Shown one piece after another: positions 31,101 to 40,441 of a stretch of 64,000 bases of DNA. The notes beneath the pieces are model-generated. The model was not told the DNA's origin, searched no databases, and was given only the letters and a program-made list of their open reading frames with translations. A program made the position numbers and the translations under genes. The stretch covers positions 191,729 to 255,728 of the forward strand of contig JAYPVM010000003.1 of assembly GCA_038134595.1 (NCBI GenBank), given 5' to 3'. This DNA comes from Pseudomonadota bacterium (lineage in GTDB: Bacteria > Bdellovibrionota_C > UBA2361 > OMII01). Positions within the stretch are counted from its first letter, which is position 1. Every line of letters begins with the position of its first letter.

Positions 31101-31501
31101 TATCTACGTATATTTATCATGTATTTGATAAACAAACCGTTGGCGGAATTGATTACCGCTTCGTAAGGCAGGAGACCAACGGTGTCGACGGTAATTCTAC
31201 TCGCGATCACCGACTTTCAACATTTGGCCGTTATTTTCTCTCTGGTAGCATGTTTCTGCAGGGATCTGCTGCCTATCGATACCAAAGTCGGGTGAACAAT
31301 CAGATTTTTGGAACTGGTTCTGATGGAGCGTGGCTTATGGGCGCAGGTGTTGGGTATCGACTTCCGACTCGGCAGGGCCTCGTGCTTCTTGATGTGCAAA
31401 ACATCTTTGGCGAAGATGTAGATCTTGACCAAGAAACGTACTTTAATGAGCCTGTGTTTAACGATCCAACTGTACGTCTGTCGGTAAATATCAATTTCTA
31501 G
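28136..31501 (+). CDS. FecR-domain, TPR-repeat outer-membrane beta-barrel (TonB-receptor-like) protein
   Basis: GGGAG SD; signal peptide; FecR GDIVMTG...AAIRGTEF; TPRs (LEPSRALYRSYLGKAY, AIELDPNDPTP); barrel ending in F. Confidence 0.85.
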   Translation: MNHRSIAFIFPIALLLSAFVPQAFSQQSAGSIFSVQGEVSIERGAKRFPAEEGFSLRAGDIVMTGEPGRVAVELPDGSYVRIASGSRMQLPGEKETLGLFEGALHFLSHSEKHPVIETQTVTAAIRGTEFVLTSSGEDTTISMLSGVVDAISKHGSAHLKGGEGVSFHSGKGPDVFSIVGGDNKVQWSMFVPFVPGDLKSKRGRDAVDIFMSGGSGSSRALGALKSISSRKPCSEEGVLYARLLLSSGAPEKGRTILLSCLAKKMPSRLEVQARASLAQFFLANSDLAKADDFSSSALDIATTDTLARLVRSFVLQQRGDLTGALSLVEGSSEEELQAREAEVLFMFGRISEAEDILARMTESSWYTETLKGFLALANRDTTAAETLFESAAALESGAGLPQLGLGLVAAGRGELLEARSFFEKATVLEPSRALYRSYLGKAYFEADTYSGAKPELARAIELDPNDPTPHLYRSFLRVAENDLVGALDDITEARKLAGARSVYRSKFLLDQDSAMQSASIGRVYQQLGFKERGRIEALTAISSDYQNATAHRLLSQTQEDIFVADTIASEQRIANLFSPLSINVVDSIGTNVSLNEYSQLFEADGVRTATNTFYDSKDDFVKTGILTAIKDGNTVVGLSADGAVRDGASEKPRTTAGTFGFSVQSQPSWADRLLLEGKGIFTGSSDPDETTDSLNGNISAAYLHRFSPEVTGVIQSSFDRERVQYYNRGYEDLFFSTVVLDGIEDTALINGFFDERTRRYESTILNEGQLIAKTGAVSSVLTLRNITNNVDAYSKSEIFEDDFGELDGLGATLRSNGPVNLNGNSVSYLGTLSATESLQLQLGGEFESIEWASQDISPLSSDSTSRSLWSPKAGLIYNLDNEVAFRAGYGESLGKTTRTDLISIEPTHVGGINQRFNDLPGTRSRNFGLGLDLNPRKDWFAGAEWTRRWLRENRSEALYEYTVDLDEGRGFGGVDLGENYNTPIGQDFLSTYIYHVFDKQTVGGIDYRFVRQETNGVDGNSTRDHRLSTFGRYFLSGSMFLQGSAAYRYQSRVNNQIFGTGSDGAWLMGAGVGYRLPTRQGLVLLDVQNIFGEDVDLDQETYFNEPVFNDPTVRLSVNINF

Positions 31502-31512
31502 GGGATTCTACG

Positions 31513-32526
31513 TTGTTATCTGAATCGTTTCCAAAAGATTCTGTTGCGCTAGTCACAGGAGCAACAGGATATACCGGTCGAGTGCTTGTTCGAAAGCTTG
31601 TTTCGCTTGGCGTTGAGGTAAGAGTCATAGCAAGACAGAGCTCAAAGCGCGGGGATCTTGAAGCGCTTCCTGTTGCATGGTTTGTAGGTGATGTATTTGA
31701 TCCTGCCGTGGTGGCTGAAGCCGTTAAGGGAGTTAATTACGTATTTCATGTAGCAGCAGCCTTTCGTGAAGCAAAGATTGCTGATGAAACCTACCGAAAA
31801 GTACACGTCGATAGCACAAGGCTTTTAGCAGAGGCGGCCGTTAAAGAGCAGGATTTTAGACGCTTTGTTCACGTTTCTACTGTTGGCGTACATGGGCATA
31901 TCGATGAGCCACCAGCCGACGAGAACTATCGATTCGCACCAGGAGATATCTACCAAGAAACTAAGGCTGAAGCGGAGCAATGGATTCGCAATTTCGCAAA
32001 ATCGCATTCATTACCACTGGCCGTCGTCAGACCCGCGGCTATCTATGGCCCCGAGGATAAGCGGTTGCTAAAGTTATTTAAGATGAGCATAAAGCCGGTG
32101 TTTCCGCTTTTTGGGAAGTCGAAAGGGTATTACCATCTTATTCATGTTGATGACCTTACCGATATTTTTATTACAACGGCACTTCATAAGAATGCGGAGG
32201 GGGAGGTTTTTATCGCTGGAAATCCTGAGCCGACAAAACTCCTTGATATCGCTAAAAACATAGCGGGTGGATTAAACAGCGGACTGCCGATCTTTCTAAG
32301 ACTGCCAGTATGGCCACTGTTTGTGATAGCAGCTATCTGCGAAACGCTTTGCAAGCCCTTTGGGATCGAACCTCCAATTTACAAGAGGCGAGTAGCATTT
32401 TTTACAAAAGACAGGTCATTTAACACCTCAAAGCTTCAACACGTATTACAGTATCAGTACACCCATTCAGTTGAGGCGGGGTTGGTATCAACCGCTAAGT
32501 GGTATAAAGAGGCAGGCTGGCTCTAG
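31513..32526 (+). CDS. NAD-dependent epimerase/dehydratase (extended SDR)
   Basis: VTGATGYTG, FHVAA, YQETK, RPAAIYGP. Confidence 0.9.
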   Translation: MLSESFPKDSVALVTGATGYTGRVLVRKLVSLGVEVRVIARQSSKRGDLEALPVAWFVGDVFDPAVVAEAVKGVNYVFHVAAAFREAKIADETYRKVHVDSTRLLAEAAVKEQDFRRFVHVSTVGVHGHIDEPPADENYRFAPGDIYQETKAEAEQWIRNFAKSHSLPLAVVRPAAIYGPEDKRLLKLFKMSIKPVFPLFGKSKGYYHLIHVDDLTDIFITTALHKNAEGEVFIAGNPEPTKLLDIAKNIAGGLNSGLPIFLRLPVWPLFVIAAICETLCKPFGIEPPIYKRRVAFFTKDRSFNTSKLQHVLQYQYTHSVEAGLVSTAKWYKEAGWL

Positions 32527-32546
32527 CCTGCATTCCGGAGATGCTT

Positions 32547-33245
32547 CTAATAGCTTCTAAATTCGGGGATTTTTCCGTGCTCCCGAAAGCTATAGTACCC
32601 TTTGCGTGCGAAAACGATGTGGTCGACTAATCGCACTCCAAGAACGTTTCCGGCTTGAGCGATGCGCTCGGTAACAGCTTCATCCTCTCTGCTAGGAGTT
32701 GGATCCCCAGAGGGGTGATTGTGCGCTAAAATCAGAGAGTAGGCCCTGTCCATCATAGCGCCTACAAATACCTCTCGAGGATGAACTGGGCAGCTCGTAA
32801 GAAGTCCGATGCTAATCGTTCTGACCCTAATGACCTCATGTGCCCCGCTAAGGGTGAGAGTGAGCACATGCTCTTGTTCTCTCTCGAGGATGTGAGAGAC
32901 CAGTGGCATAATATCGAGGGGGGATTTAATTCGAGTCCCCTCGGGTCTGATTCTACGTCTACAGTATTCGATAGAAGCCGCGAGCATCAGCGCCTTAGAT
33001 TCGCCGATTCCTTTAACTCCCATGAGAGTGGTTACGTCGACTTCCATACCACCGAGTTCGAGCACAGGCATAAGACGCTCTGCGATCGAGAAAACAGAGT
33101 TATCCCTAGTGCCCGACCCGAGCATAACGGCCAGTAGCTCCTCATCGCCGAGGGCGCGAGCGCCTTGTGCGAGAAGTCGTTCCCGCGGTTTTAAGCAGAG
33201 TACTTGATGGTCTAAAGGTATTAAAGGAGGTGCGGATTGAGTCAT
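32547..33245 (-). CDS. radC: RadC/JAB domain protein
   Basis: PRERLL..GA.AL.DEELLA, HhH GIGESKA, VHPREVF, HNHPSGDPTPSRED, LVDH. Confidence 0.93.
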   Translation of the reverse strand: MTQSAPPLIPLDHQVLCLKPRERLLAQGARALGDEELLAVMLGSGTRDNSVFSIAERLMPVLELGGMEVDVTTLMGVKGIGESKALMLAASIEYCRRRIRPEGTRIKSPLDIMPLVSHILEREQEHVLTLTLSGAHEVIRVRTISIGLLTSCPVHPREVFVGAMMDRAYSLILAHNHPSGDPTPSREDEAVTERIAQAGNVLGVRLVDHIVFARKGYYSFREHGKIPEFRSY

Positions 33246-33389
33246 GTAACTCCCTGTTAATATGAATTATCTAGTAGGGTTGCGTTATGTCCATAGTGCT
33301 ATCGAAGATTGGATCGTTTTAGTTTCGGGGGCTTGCGATAATTAGCGAGTATCGGGCGGACAAAAAACGGGAGCAATTTCGATAAAATC

Positions 33390-36101
33390 GTGTTACATCT
33401 GCACCTAATGGAAGAACGAGGGGAAGTGCTCGATCCAGTACCGTGTTTCCTTACCGCCTGCGAAATCGAGCGGGGCGAACAAAAAACGTCTCAAAGGGAA
33501 GCCAGGGTACGTAACGGGAGGCTTGAGAAGGCCGAAGGGGGCCGTTTTGTCTATTCTTTTTCATTTGACGGTCAGAAAGCCCCCTCTAAGCCAGGCTCCA
33601 CCGCCCATATTAGTGTATACGGCTCAAGCTACTCTGCTCTTTGTGAAAGTATAGATGGTAACACCATCAAGTTTTCGTTCTCTACGACTTTAGGCAGCCA
33701 GATCTCCTCTGCCCGAATCGAGCAACATCAGCCTGATATTTTGCAGTGCATCATTGAAGTGCTTAGAGATATCCAGAAAGGAGTTGATCTTCCTAATTGG
33801 AACAAACCGCTGGCCGATAGTCTACTATCACTTCAAGGTGCTGATATAGCTTCGTCTGAAGACATTGCCCAAGCGCAGGCTAAGGACGGGTTAACAGAGG
33901 ATCAATCTGAGGCTATACGTGTTGCCCTAACGCGAGATATTACCTTTTTGTGGGGCCCACCAGGAACGGGTAAGACAAAGACGCTGGGAAGTTTAGTGGG
34001 CCATATGTATCGACAGAACAAGCGCGTTTTGTTGATTTCGCATACAAACGATGCAGTCGACGCACTTCTCTATTCAGCGCTTAAAGAAGTTTCGCACACA
34101 CGTACCGGCGCCCTAGCTGAAGCGAGCGTTTTGAGACTCGGAGCCTCAGGACTCCCTGAGTTGCAAGCTGAATACGGCGATAAGATTGATATTGATGAAG
34201 TAGTTCGCCTTGGTCAGGAGAAGGTTTTGGCTAGGCTGGATCAGATGAAAGGCGAGCTGAAGAGTCTTCGTAGTAGTTGTTTTACCGTTTCAAAGGGCCT
34301 CTCGCTCTGGAGGAGCTTTAGCGATCTTAGCCGAGAGCTTCAACATTTACGAAACCAGCAGCGCCCGACTAAATCAGGAAACATCTCCCAAGCGATTCGA
34401 GGGGTTTTTTCTTCGCGCTCCCAAAACTCTGCTGGCGATGAAGTGGGTGAGCATGAGGTTTTGCAGGAAGCAATTGAGCTACTTGAGAAACAGCTTGGCG
34501 AGCTGGAGGAAAAGCTACCAACTGAGAGTTACGAGGAGCTCCTTAAACGAAGCTCCGAGGAGTCGACTCGTCAAGTCGAGTTAACCGAGGCCATAAACGT
34601 TCTAGAAACCTTCCTTCGAGATCTAAGAAAAGAGATGATTGCAAGAGCAAGAGTTGTTGCGTGTACCGCCACGCAAGCCATCTTAGCGATGAAAACGCTT
34701 AAAGATTTTGATATGGTGGTGGTTGACGAGGCATCGATGCTACCCCTGCCGTATGTGTATCTTGTGGCTGGAATGGCGAAGACGCAGGTGGTAGTTGCCG
34801 GTGATTTTCGACAACTTCCAGCTATTGTTCACTCTAACAATAGTGTTGTTATGGAGTGGTATGGCAGAGATATTTTCGAGTATGCAGGGATAGTTGATAT
34901 AGTCGATCGAAAACAAGAGCATCCATCACTGGTGATGTTGTCGAGTCAGTTTCGGAGCCACCGTGACTTATGCGCGTTGATCAACAAAAGGTTTTATTCC
35001 GGGAGGCTCCGATCGGTTCGCGACGATACTGAACACGATGGGCCTGTTGATGAGACTGGTTTTATGGGGCGTATAACTGTCATCGACACCTCAAGCCTCA
35101 GCGCCTGGGCGGCTTCGGAAGAGGGGTCAAAATACAACCTCCAAAATGCGCTTGTGGTGCGAAAACTTGCGCTGTTGCTCCGGGCTAGAGGAGAGGTTGC
35201 GGAAGATAAAACGCTTGGAATTATATCCCCGTACCGTCAGCAGGCACAGCTAATTTCTACGTTGCTAGAGGAGTATGATGCCAACGATCACATCACCACA
35301 GGCACCGCGCATGCTTTCCAAGGAGCTGAAGCTACAGCCGTGATTCTTGATCTTACCGAAGGCCCACCTCAACGTATCGGACGCTTCTCACGTGGGACAT
35401 CTCTTCGAGACCTAGGGTCGAGGCTCCTCAATGTGGTACTCAGTCGAGCTAGGGATCGGATTTTTATTGTAGGAAACATCGGCTATCTAAAGTCTCAGCT
35501 GCCGTCTCGCTCAGTACTTGGAGCGGTCCTAGAGGATGCTATACAGTATGGCCACCTGCTTTCTATCGATACACTCATAGCACAACCCCTTTTCGTCAAT
35601 CCGTCTTTGGAGTACGAACAGACATCGGGAGTTCTCGCATTTCAGATCTTCGACCAGGATCTTCTCTCTCCGGCGCTCCTGACCGATTTATTAGATGCCG
35701 AAAACGAAGTTACTATCGCGGGAAGTTCGCTCTGCGGCAGGACCGCTGCTGTACTGTCGGTGCTCTTAGAGGAGCGAATCAAGAAAGGGCTCAGAGTAAC
35801 TCTCCGTATTCCAGTATCAAAAAGCAAACGGCCAGACTCTCAAGGGGTGCTTGATAAATATCGAGCGGCGGGAGTTGTCGTTACTTATTGTGAGCATCCT
35901 GTGTATCCAATGGTAGTGCTTGACTCTGAGGTGGTGTGGCTGGGCTCCTTGTCCCCGCTTGATACTATTTCGGGCCAAAAAGGCAGGATGATTCGATGTG
36001 TGAGTGTTGTAGCCGCACAACGCTCTCTTTCGTATATCGAGGGAGCGACAGACGGTTACGTAAACGACCGCAGCAGGAGGCCACTTGCGCTCGTTGGATA
36101 G
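33390..36101 (+). CDS. Superfamily 1 (DNA2/NAM7-like) helicase with C-terminal PLD-like domain
   Basis: WGPPGTGKT, VVDEASM, GDFRQL, QFRSH, ISPYRQQ, AFQGAE, NVVLSRAR; start may be ATG 33408. Confidence 0.88.
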   Translation: MLHLHLMEERGEVLDPVPCFLTACEIERGEQKTSQREARVRNGRLEKAEGGRFVYSFSFDGQKAPSKPGSTAHISVYGSSYSALCESIDGNTIKFSFSTTLGSQISSARIEQHQPDILQCIIEVLRDIQKGVDLPNWNKPLADSLLSLQGADIASSEDIAQAQAKDGLTEDQSEAIRVALTRDITFLWGPPGTGKTKTLGSLVGHMYRQNKRVLLISHTNDAVDALLYSALKEVSHTRTGALAEASVLRLGASGLPELQAEYGDKIDIDEVVRLGQEKVLARLDQMKGELKSLRSSCFTVSKGLSLWRSFSDLSRELQHLRNQQRPTKSGNISQAIRGVFSSRSQNSAGDEVGEHEVLQEAIELLEKQLGELEEKLPTESYEELLKRSSEESTRQVELTEAINVLETFLRDLRKEMIARARVVACTATQAILAMKTLKDFDMVVVDEASMLPLPYVYLVAGMAKTQVVVAGDFRQLPAIVHSNNSVVMEWYGRDIFEYAGIVDIVDRKQEHPSLVMLSSQFRSHRDLCALINKRFYSGRLRSVRDDTEHDGPVDETGFMGRITVIDTSSLSAWAASEEGSKYNLQNALVVRKLALLLRARGEVAEDKTLGIISPYRQQAQLISTLLEEYDANDHITTGTAHAFQGAEATAVILDLTEGPPQRIGRFSRGTSLRDLGSRLLNVVLSRARDRIFIVGNIGYLKSQLPSRSVLGAVLEDAIQYGHLLSIDTLIAQPLFVNPSLEYEQTSGVLAFQIFDQDLLSPALLTDLLDAENEVTIAGSSLCGRTAAVLSVLLEERIKKGLRVTLRIPVSKSKRPDSQGVLDKYRAAGVVVTYCEHPVYPMVVLDSEVVWLGSLSPLDTISGQKGRMIRCVSVVAAQRSLSYIEGATDGYVNDRSRRPLALVG

Positions 36102-36364
36102 TAGGGGATGTGTAACCGCCTGAAATATTTGTTTTAAGTTCTCTTTTGCTACTGCACTTCTTTAACATCTCAGGATTTGCTATAGTCCCCCAACATTGTA
36201 GTAAAGCCTTTGGGTACTGGTTCTAGAAATCACGACACAATTCCAAACTAGCTTAGCCGGACGCAGGTCGGAGACAGGTACTTTGCTATTCTTAGACATA
36301 CAAGTAAAAAGAAGTTGTGTGCCACCGGTAGCGCCTGCTTCGAGATAGCAAAAAAGGTACATCC

Positions 36365-38317
36365 ATGACTACAGGCTCCGCCGAGGCTAAAGATCTAGCC
36401 ATTACACCAACATTTGATCAATTTTCATTAGCACCGTTTTTACAGAAGACGATTGCAAAGATTGGCTTCTCACAGCCAACGCCGATTCAACTCGATGCGA
36501 TACCAACCATTTTAGATGGCAAGGATATTATGGGATTGGCTCAAACAGGTACCGGTAAGACGGTGGCGTTTGTGTTGCCGCTCGTACAACAGATAGTTTC
36601 CAATAAAACAAAAACGATTCAGGCACTGATACTTACACCGACCAGGGAGCTAGCGGAACAGGTCAATGATGTCGTTCGGCAATTTACTCCACGAACCGGT
36701 GTTCGGAGCACCACTATATACGGCGGAGTGTCTCACAAAAGCCAGATAACCCAATTAAACAATCAACCGCAGATTATAGTTGCCTGCCCAGGGCGTCTAC
36801 TAGACCACATATCAGCAAAAACCATCGACCTAACAGAGGTCAAGTACCTCGTTCTTGATGAGGCGGATCGTATGCTTGATATGGGTTTTATGCCGGACAT
36901 TAAAAAAATCATCGAAACGTTACCAAAGAAACGGCAGACCCTTCTCTTCTCAGCCACGATGCCAGCTGAAATCGAGGACCTCTGCGAGCAGATCTTGAAC
37001 AAGCCCCAGGTCATCCGTGTCAAGACCGACCAGCCCGTAGCGCTTGTTGAGCATGCAATGTTTGCAGTCAAGAAAGACGCAAAACTAGATAGGCTAATTA
37101 ACCTAATGAAGGTTCAGACCGATTCAGTCAGTGTGGTTTTCACCAAAATGAAATTTACCGCCAAGCGCTTAGGCGACCAACTGACGAAAGCAGGTGTTGC
37201 AGCAGTAGCTCTTCACGGAAATCTATCACAGGCGCAGAGAAAACGAGCTTTGCAAGGTTTTAGAGATGGAAAGTTCCGTGTTTTGCTGGCTACCGACATA
37301 GCCTCACGGGGAATCGACATACAAGGTATAACTCATGTCGTAAACTACGATATGCCCGATACCCTAGAGGCGTACATACACCGAACCGGACGTGTGGGAA
37401 GAGCCTCTAACAAGGGAGAAGCAATATCATTTGTAATGAGAAGCGATAGAGATATCCTTCGGGCAGTTGAGAAATGGTTGGGGCATCCACTCTCCAAGTT
37501 AAATGCAGATGAGCTGACGGAAGAGGATATGAGCGAGAGACAATCGGTAAAAGAAGCAAAACAGTCGATGACGCCTAAGAGAGAAAATGGAGAGCGGCGG
37601 CGCGATACAAAGCCAAAATCCGCGTCAAATAGAGACCGCGGGGCTAGACGAAATACAGATGGCTATAGAGGCAGAAGCCGCTCTGAAGGGTCAGAAGACG
37701 ACCGACCTAGACGGAGACGACCCCAATCTTCATCTGAAAGCGAGAGAAGGTCTTATAACAGACGCGACGACGATGGTTATAGAGGTAGAGGCCGCTCGCA
37801 AGGACGAGACGAGGACAAGCCTAGAGGAAGGCGAAACGAATCTCGGGCTGATAACGACAGAACGTCTTTTAGAGACAAGAGACTGAGCCAAAATCGACAG
37901 AAGCGTGAGTTCGATAGAAACGATCGAGAGGGCGGATTCAAGAGAAATACCGGGCAACGATCTCATTCAAAATCAAATCCTCTTCGAGCAAAAAACAGCG
38001 ATAGGCAGAGGAGTGTCGGAAATCGAAGGCCAAAGAGCTTTCGCGGCCAACAAGACATTGATCCATCAGCCGATTATGTCTACCGAGAGACTAAACCTGT
38101 TTTTATCGATCGATTCGACGATGACAAACGGCCCAAACCAAATCGCCAAGGAGCTGGCGAGGGTCGCAGAAGGCAAGGTTCCTCCGGCGCCGCAAAGGAC
38201 AGCGGTCGGAGAGGTGCCCGTAGCGGCACTCGGGGACCTTCTCGCTCAAATCCGCGAGCCGGTAACACTGGGCGGCCAAGGCAGAACAGAGCGCCAAGAG
38301 CTAGCGGGAATAGCTAG
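36365..38317 (+). CDS. DEAD-box RNA helicase (RhlE-like) with a long R/S/G/D-rich tail
   Basis: Q motif GFSQPTPIQ, AQTGTGKT, PTRELA, DEADRMLDMGF, SAT, HRTGRVGRA. Confidence 0.95.
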   Translation: MTTGSAEAKDLAITPTFDQFSLAPFLQKTIAKIGFSQPTPIQLDAIPTILDGKDIMGLAQTGTGKTVAFVLPLVQQIVSNKTKTIQALILTPTRELAEQVNDVVRQFTPRTGVRSTTIYGGVSHKSQITQLNNQPQIIVACPGRLLDHISAKTIDLTEVKYLVLDEADRMLDMGFMPDIKKIIETLPKKRQTLLFSATMPAEIEDLCEQILNKPQVIRVKTDQPVALVEHAMFAVKKDAKLDRLINLMKVQTDSVSVVFTKMKFTAKRLGDQLTKAGVAAVALHGNLSQAQRKRALQGFRDGKFRVLLATDIASRGIDIQGITHVVNYDMPDTLEAYIHRTGRVGRASNKGEAISFVMRSDRDILRAVEKWLGHPLSKLNADELTEEDMSERQSVKEAKQSMTPKRENGERRRDTKPKSASNRDRGARRNTDGYRGRSRSEGSEDDRPRRRRPQSSSESERRSYNRRDDDGYRGRGRSQGRDEDKPRGRRNESRADNDRTSFRDKRLSQNRQKREFDRNDREGGFKRNTGQRSHSKSNPLRAKNSDRQRSVGNRRPKSFRGQQDIDPSADYVYRETKPVFIDRFDDDKRPKPNRQGAGEGRRRQGSSGAAKDSGRRGARSGTRGPSRSNPRAGNTGRPRQNRAPRASGNS

Positions 38318-38460
38318 TTTTATAGGGTGTCGCCAGCGGTCTTTTATAGTTACGCGTCGAGTCCCAATTTTGAGAAAGCCTTGCTTAAGGATCTGATACG
38401 ACAGACACTATGACTGTTGAGCTTAGGGTAGCTTAAGGGTTTTAGATGGAAGGAGAAGAA

Positions 38461-38592
38461 GTGATTACTTCAATCATACTCTTGCGTCTTGTTTGGAAGC
38501 TTACAACCCGATTGGGTCTACATGTACAGGCGCTGACTCTTAGCGTAGTCACACTTGCGGTTCTTACGGCGAGCACCGCCATCGTAGCGTAA
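38461..38592 (+). CDS. Putative 43-aa small hydrophobic protein (absent from the ORF track)
   Basis: AAGGAG SD then GTG; MITSIILLRLVWKLTTRLGLHVQALTLSVVTLAVLTASTAIVA-stop; long hairpin follows. Confidence 0.55.
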   Translation: MITSIILLRLVWKLTTRLGLHVQALTLSVVTLAVLTASTAIVA

Positions 38593-38601
38593 CGGAAGGT
38601 T

Positions 38602-38658
38602 TATCCACCGGCACAGAATTACATATGCTTTGTATTCTGTGCCGGTGGGTATTTATTT
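38602..38658 (+). terminator. Long hairpin, probable terminator
   Basis: CCACCGGCACAGAAT (38605-38619) pairs perfectly with ATTCTGTGCCGGTGG (38634-38648), followed by GTATTTATTT. Confidence 0.8.
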
Positions 38659-38724
38659 GAAGGCGCCCTAAAGCTCAATCTTTAAGACTAGTCTATCTCA
38701 AACAACTCTATTACTAGCTCTATT

Positions 38725-39363
38725 TTACCATTCGAGGGGTTTTAAATCGAGGATTCTCTCCAGCTGCTCTGAGGCATTTTTGTGATGGTGCTCTGAATTA
38801 TGCACATGCTCTACGTCCAGTACGGTTGAAAGCGAAGGATGCTTGTCTAGGCCCCTCTCTGCAAGCAGTCCTTGGAGAAGTTCTCCCAGATCGTTATCTC
38901 TATAATAGATAATAATTAGCTTGTGGTCGTCTAGCTGAACCTCGCAAGGAGTGTCATCGACAGGTGAAAACGCATAGGCATGATGCCCATCGTTTAACAG
39001 AAGATCTTTAAATGACTCGAGGGTTTTTTCGATCATTTTTCTCGGCACCTTCTCGCTGATTTTGGAGGAACGCTGGGTGTGCTGATCATCAGAAAATGAA
39101 TCGACTATGAAATCGAGTTGGTTATCGCCCGGCGCCACTACTTCAAGAATCTCTTTGAGGGTTGGCAGGATTTGGTCTCTAGTAACTGCTACAATAAATC
39201 CACGTAGGCTAAGGCTATGTTCCAGGGCAACATCATCGAGAGCGAGAAATCCAGACTGGGGAACGAAGCGGGATTCGCGAACCGAAATTGCACCAGGAAG
39301 CTCAAAATCTTTACGTCGAAACCACGGCGTTCGGCCGTTATAGTCTTTAGCAAAAGCTATCAT
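38725..39363 (-). CDS. Hypothetical protein
   Basis: 212-aa ORF with globular composition (LLLNDG, EVQLDDHKLIIIY); no family recognised. Confidence 0.7.
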   Translation of the reverse strand: MIAFAKDYNGRTPWFRRKDFELPGAISVRESRFVPQSGFLALDDVALEHSLSLRGFIVAVTRDQILPTLKEILEVVAPGDNQLDFIVDSFSDDQHTQRSSKISEKVPRKMIEKTLESFKDLLLNDGHHAYAFSPVDDTPCEVQLDDHKLIIIYYRDNDLGELLQGLLAERGLDKHPSLSTVLDVEHVHNSEHHHKNASEQLERILDLKPLEW

Positions 39364-39813
39364 AGAAATTACATCTCTTCTATTTGGTCTGTTTTGTCAC
39401 TCGAAATATTAAGTCGAGACTAAGTACTATTCAACTTTTTGGTTCGTCAGTTTTTGCCCAAATTTAAGCCATCGAAGCGGCTGGAAACTACTCTAACATA
39501 GATATTCTGTTTCCTTGAAAAGCCGCTAAAAACGGCACATTCTGCCAGAACCCATCAGCTTGAGACAGATCCGTGCATATTATGTATCGAAGCAAAAGTA
39601 GCAACCTTAAGACACGACGCTTACTGAGTTCTTCACATCCCACTGTGTAAGCTAAGAAAACGTAAAGAGATGCCCATCGACAGGAAAAACGAAAGTAATG
39701 GCAAATAATCCTGAAAATACGCCCAATAGTAGGCAAGAGAATCACCAGGCTAGTCCGTTGTCTGAACTGACCTCGATTTCGCCTAGCGCTAACCAAAGGC
39801 ATTAAAACACGGC

Positions 39814-40047
39814 ATGGATTCAGCAAACCCGGTTCTTCTAAGCCAAGATGACTCAAAAATAGCCATCGCCCAAGCGATAAGGCAAGCGATGGAGGAGCGT
39901 GGGATATCATTTTACCAGCTGCACGAAGCCACAGGGCTTTTCATTGAGGTTGTGAATGCATTTATTGCAGCAGAGGGCGATATCTCTGACTCACTTCCGA
40001 TTACAAAGATTGAGCGAGAATTACGGGTAAATTTAACGGGGCTTTAA
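39814..40047 (+). CDS. Small XRE/Cro-like HTH protein
   Basis: IRQAMEERGISFYQLHEATGL...ITKIERELRV pattern. Confidence 0.65.
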   Translation: MDSANPVLLSQDDSKIAIAQAIRQAMEERGISFYQLHEATGLFIEVVNAFIAAEGDISDSLPITKIERELRVNLTGL

Positions 40048-40441
40048 ATCGATCTCGAAACCGCAAAGATTTTGTTAGTAAAACTTGGTTAGCGATCTGA
40101 TTAAAGCTACCCTTTTTACATCTTAACTACACTTTGATGGATAAAATGATTGAGCGAAATAAGTCTACTAGAATTCGCTGGACTCACGACGAGCGAACGA
40201 AGTCTATCGAGCACGGGGCTCAGTTGCTAAAGGAAAAACCATCGTGGAAAGATGTCGATTAGGTCTACCAGTTGGAGCAGCTAGCCTATATAAGCCAGGA
40301 TCGAACATTTCCGAGCTAGATCGAGCAACCGACGGTCTAAAAACGATAGTTTTCCGCCGAAAACAGACAACAAAAATTTGGCTGCTCCGATTGTGTAAAA
40401 GGAAGAGCACCGTGAGTGTGCTGCGACCAAAATGACTTTGG

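Noticed and set aside
33246..33389. LexA/SOS box between radC and the helicase
   Set aside because: No convincing palindrome matching LexA boxes known to me.
40146..40262. 38-aa ORF MIERNKSTRIRWTHDER..., a possible gene relic
   Set aside because: Too short, stops early, and no family can be assigned by eye.
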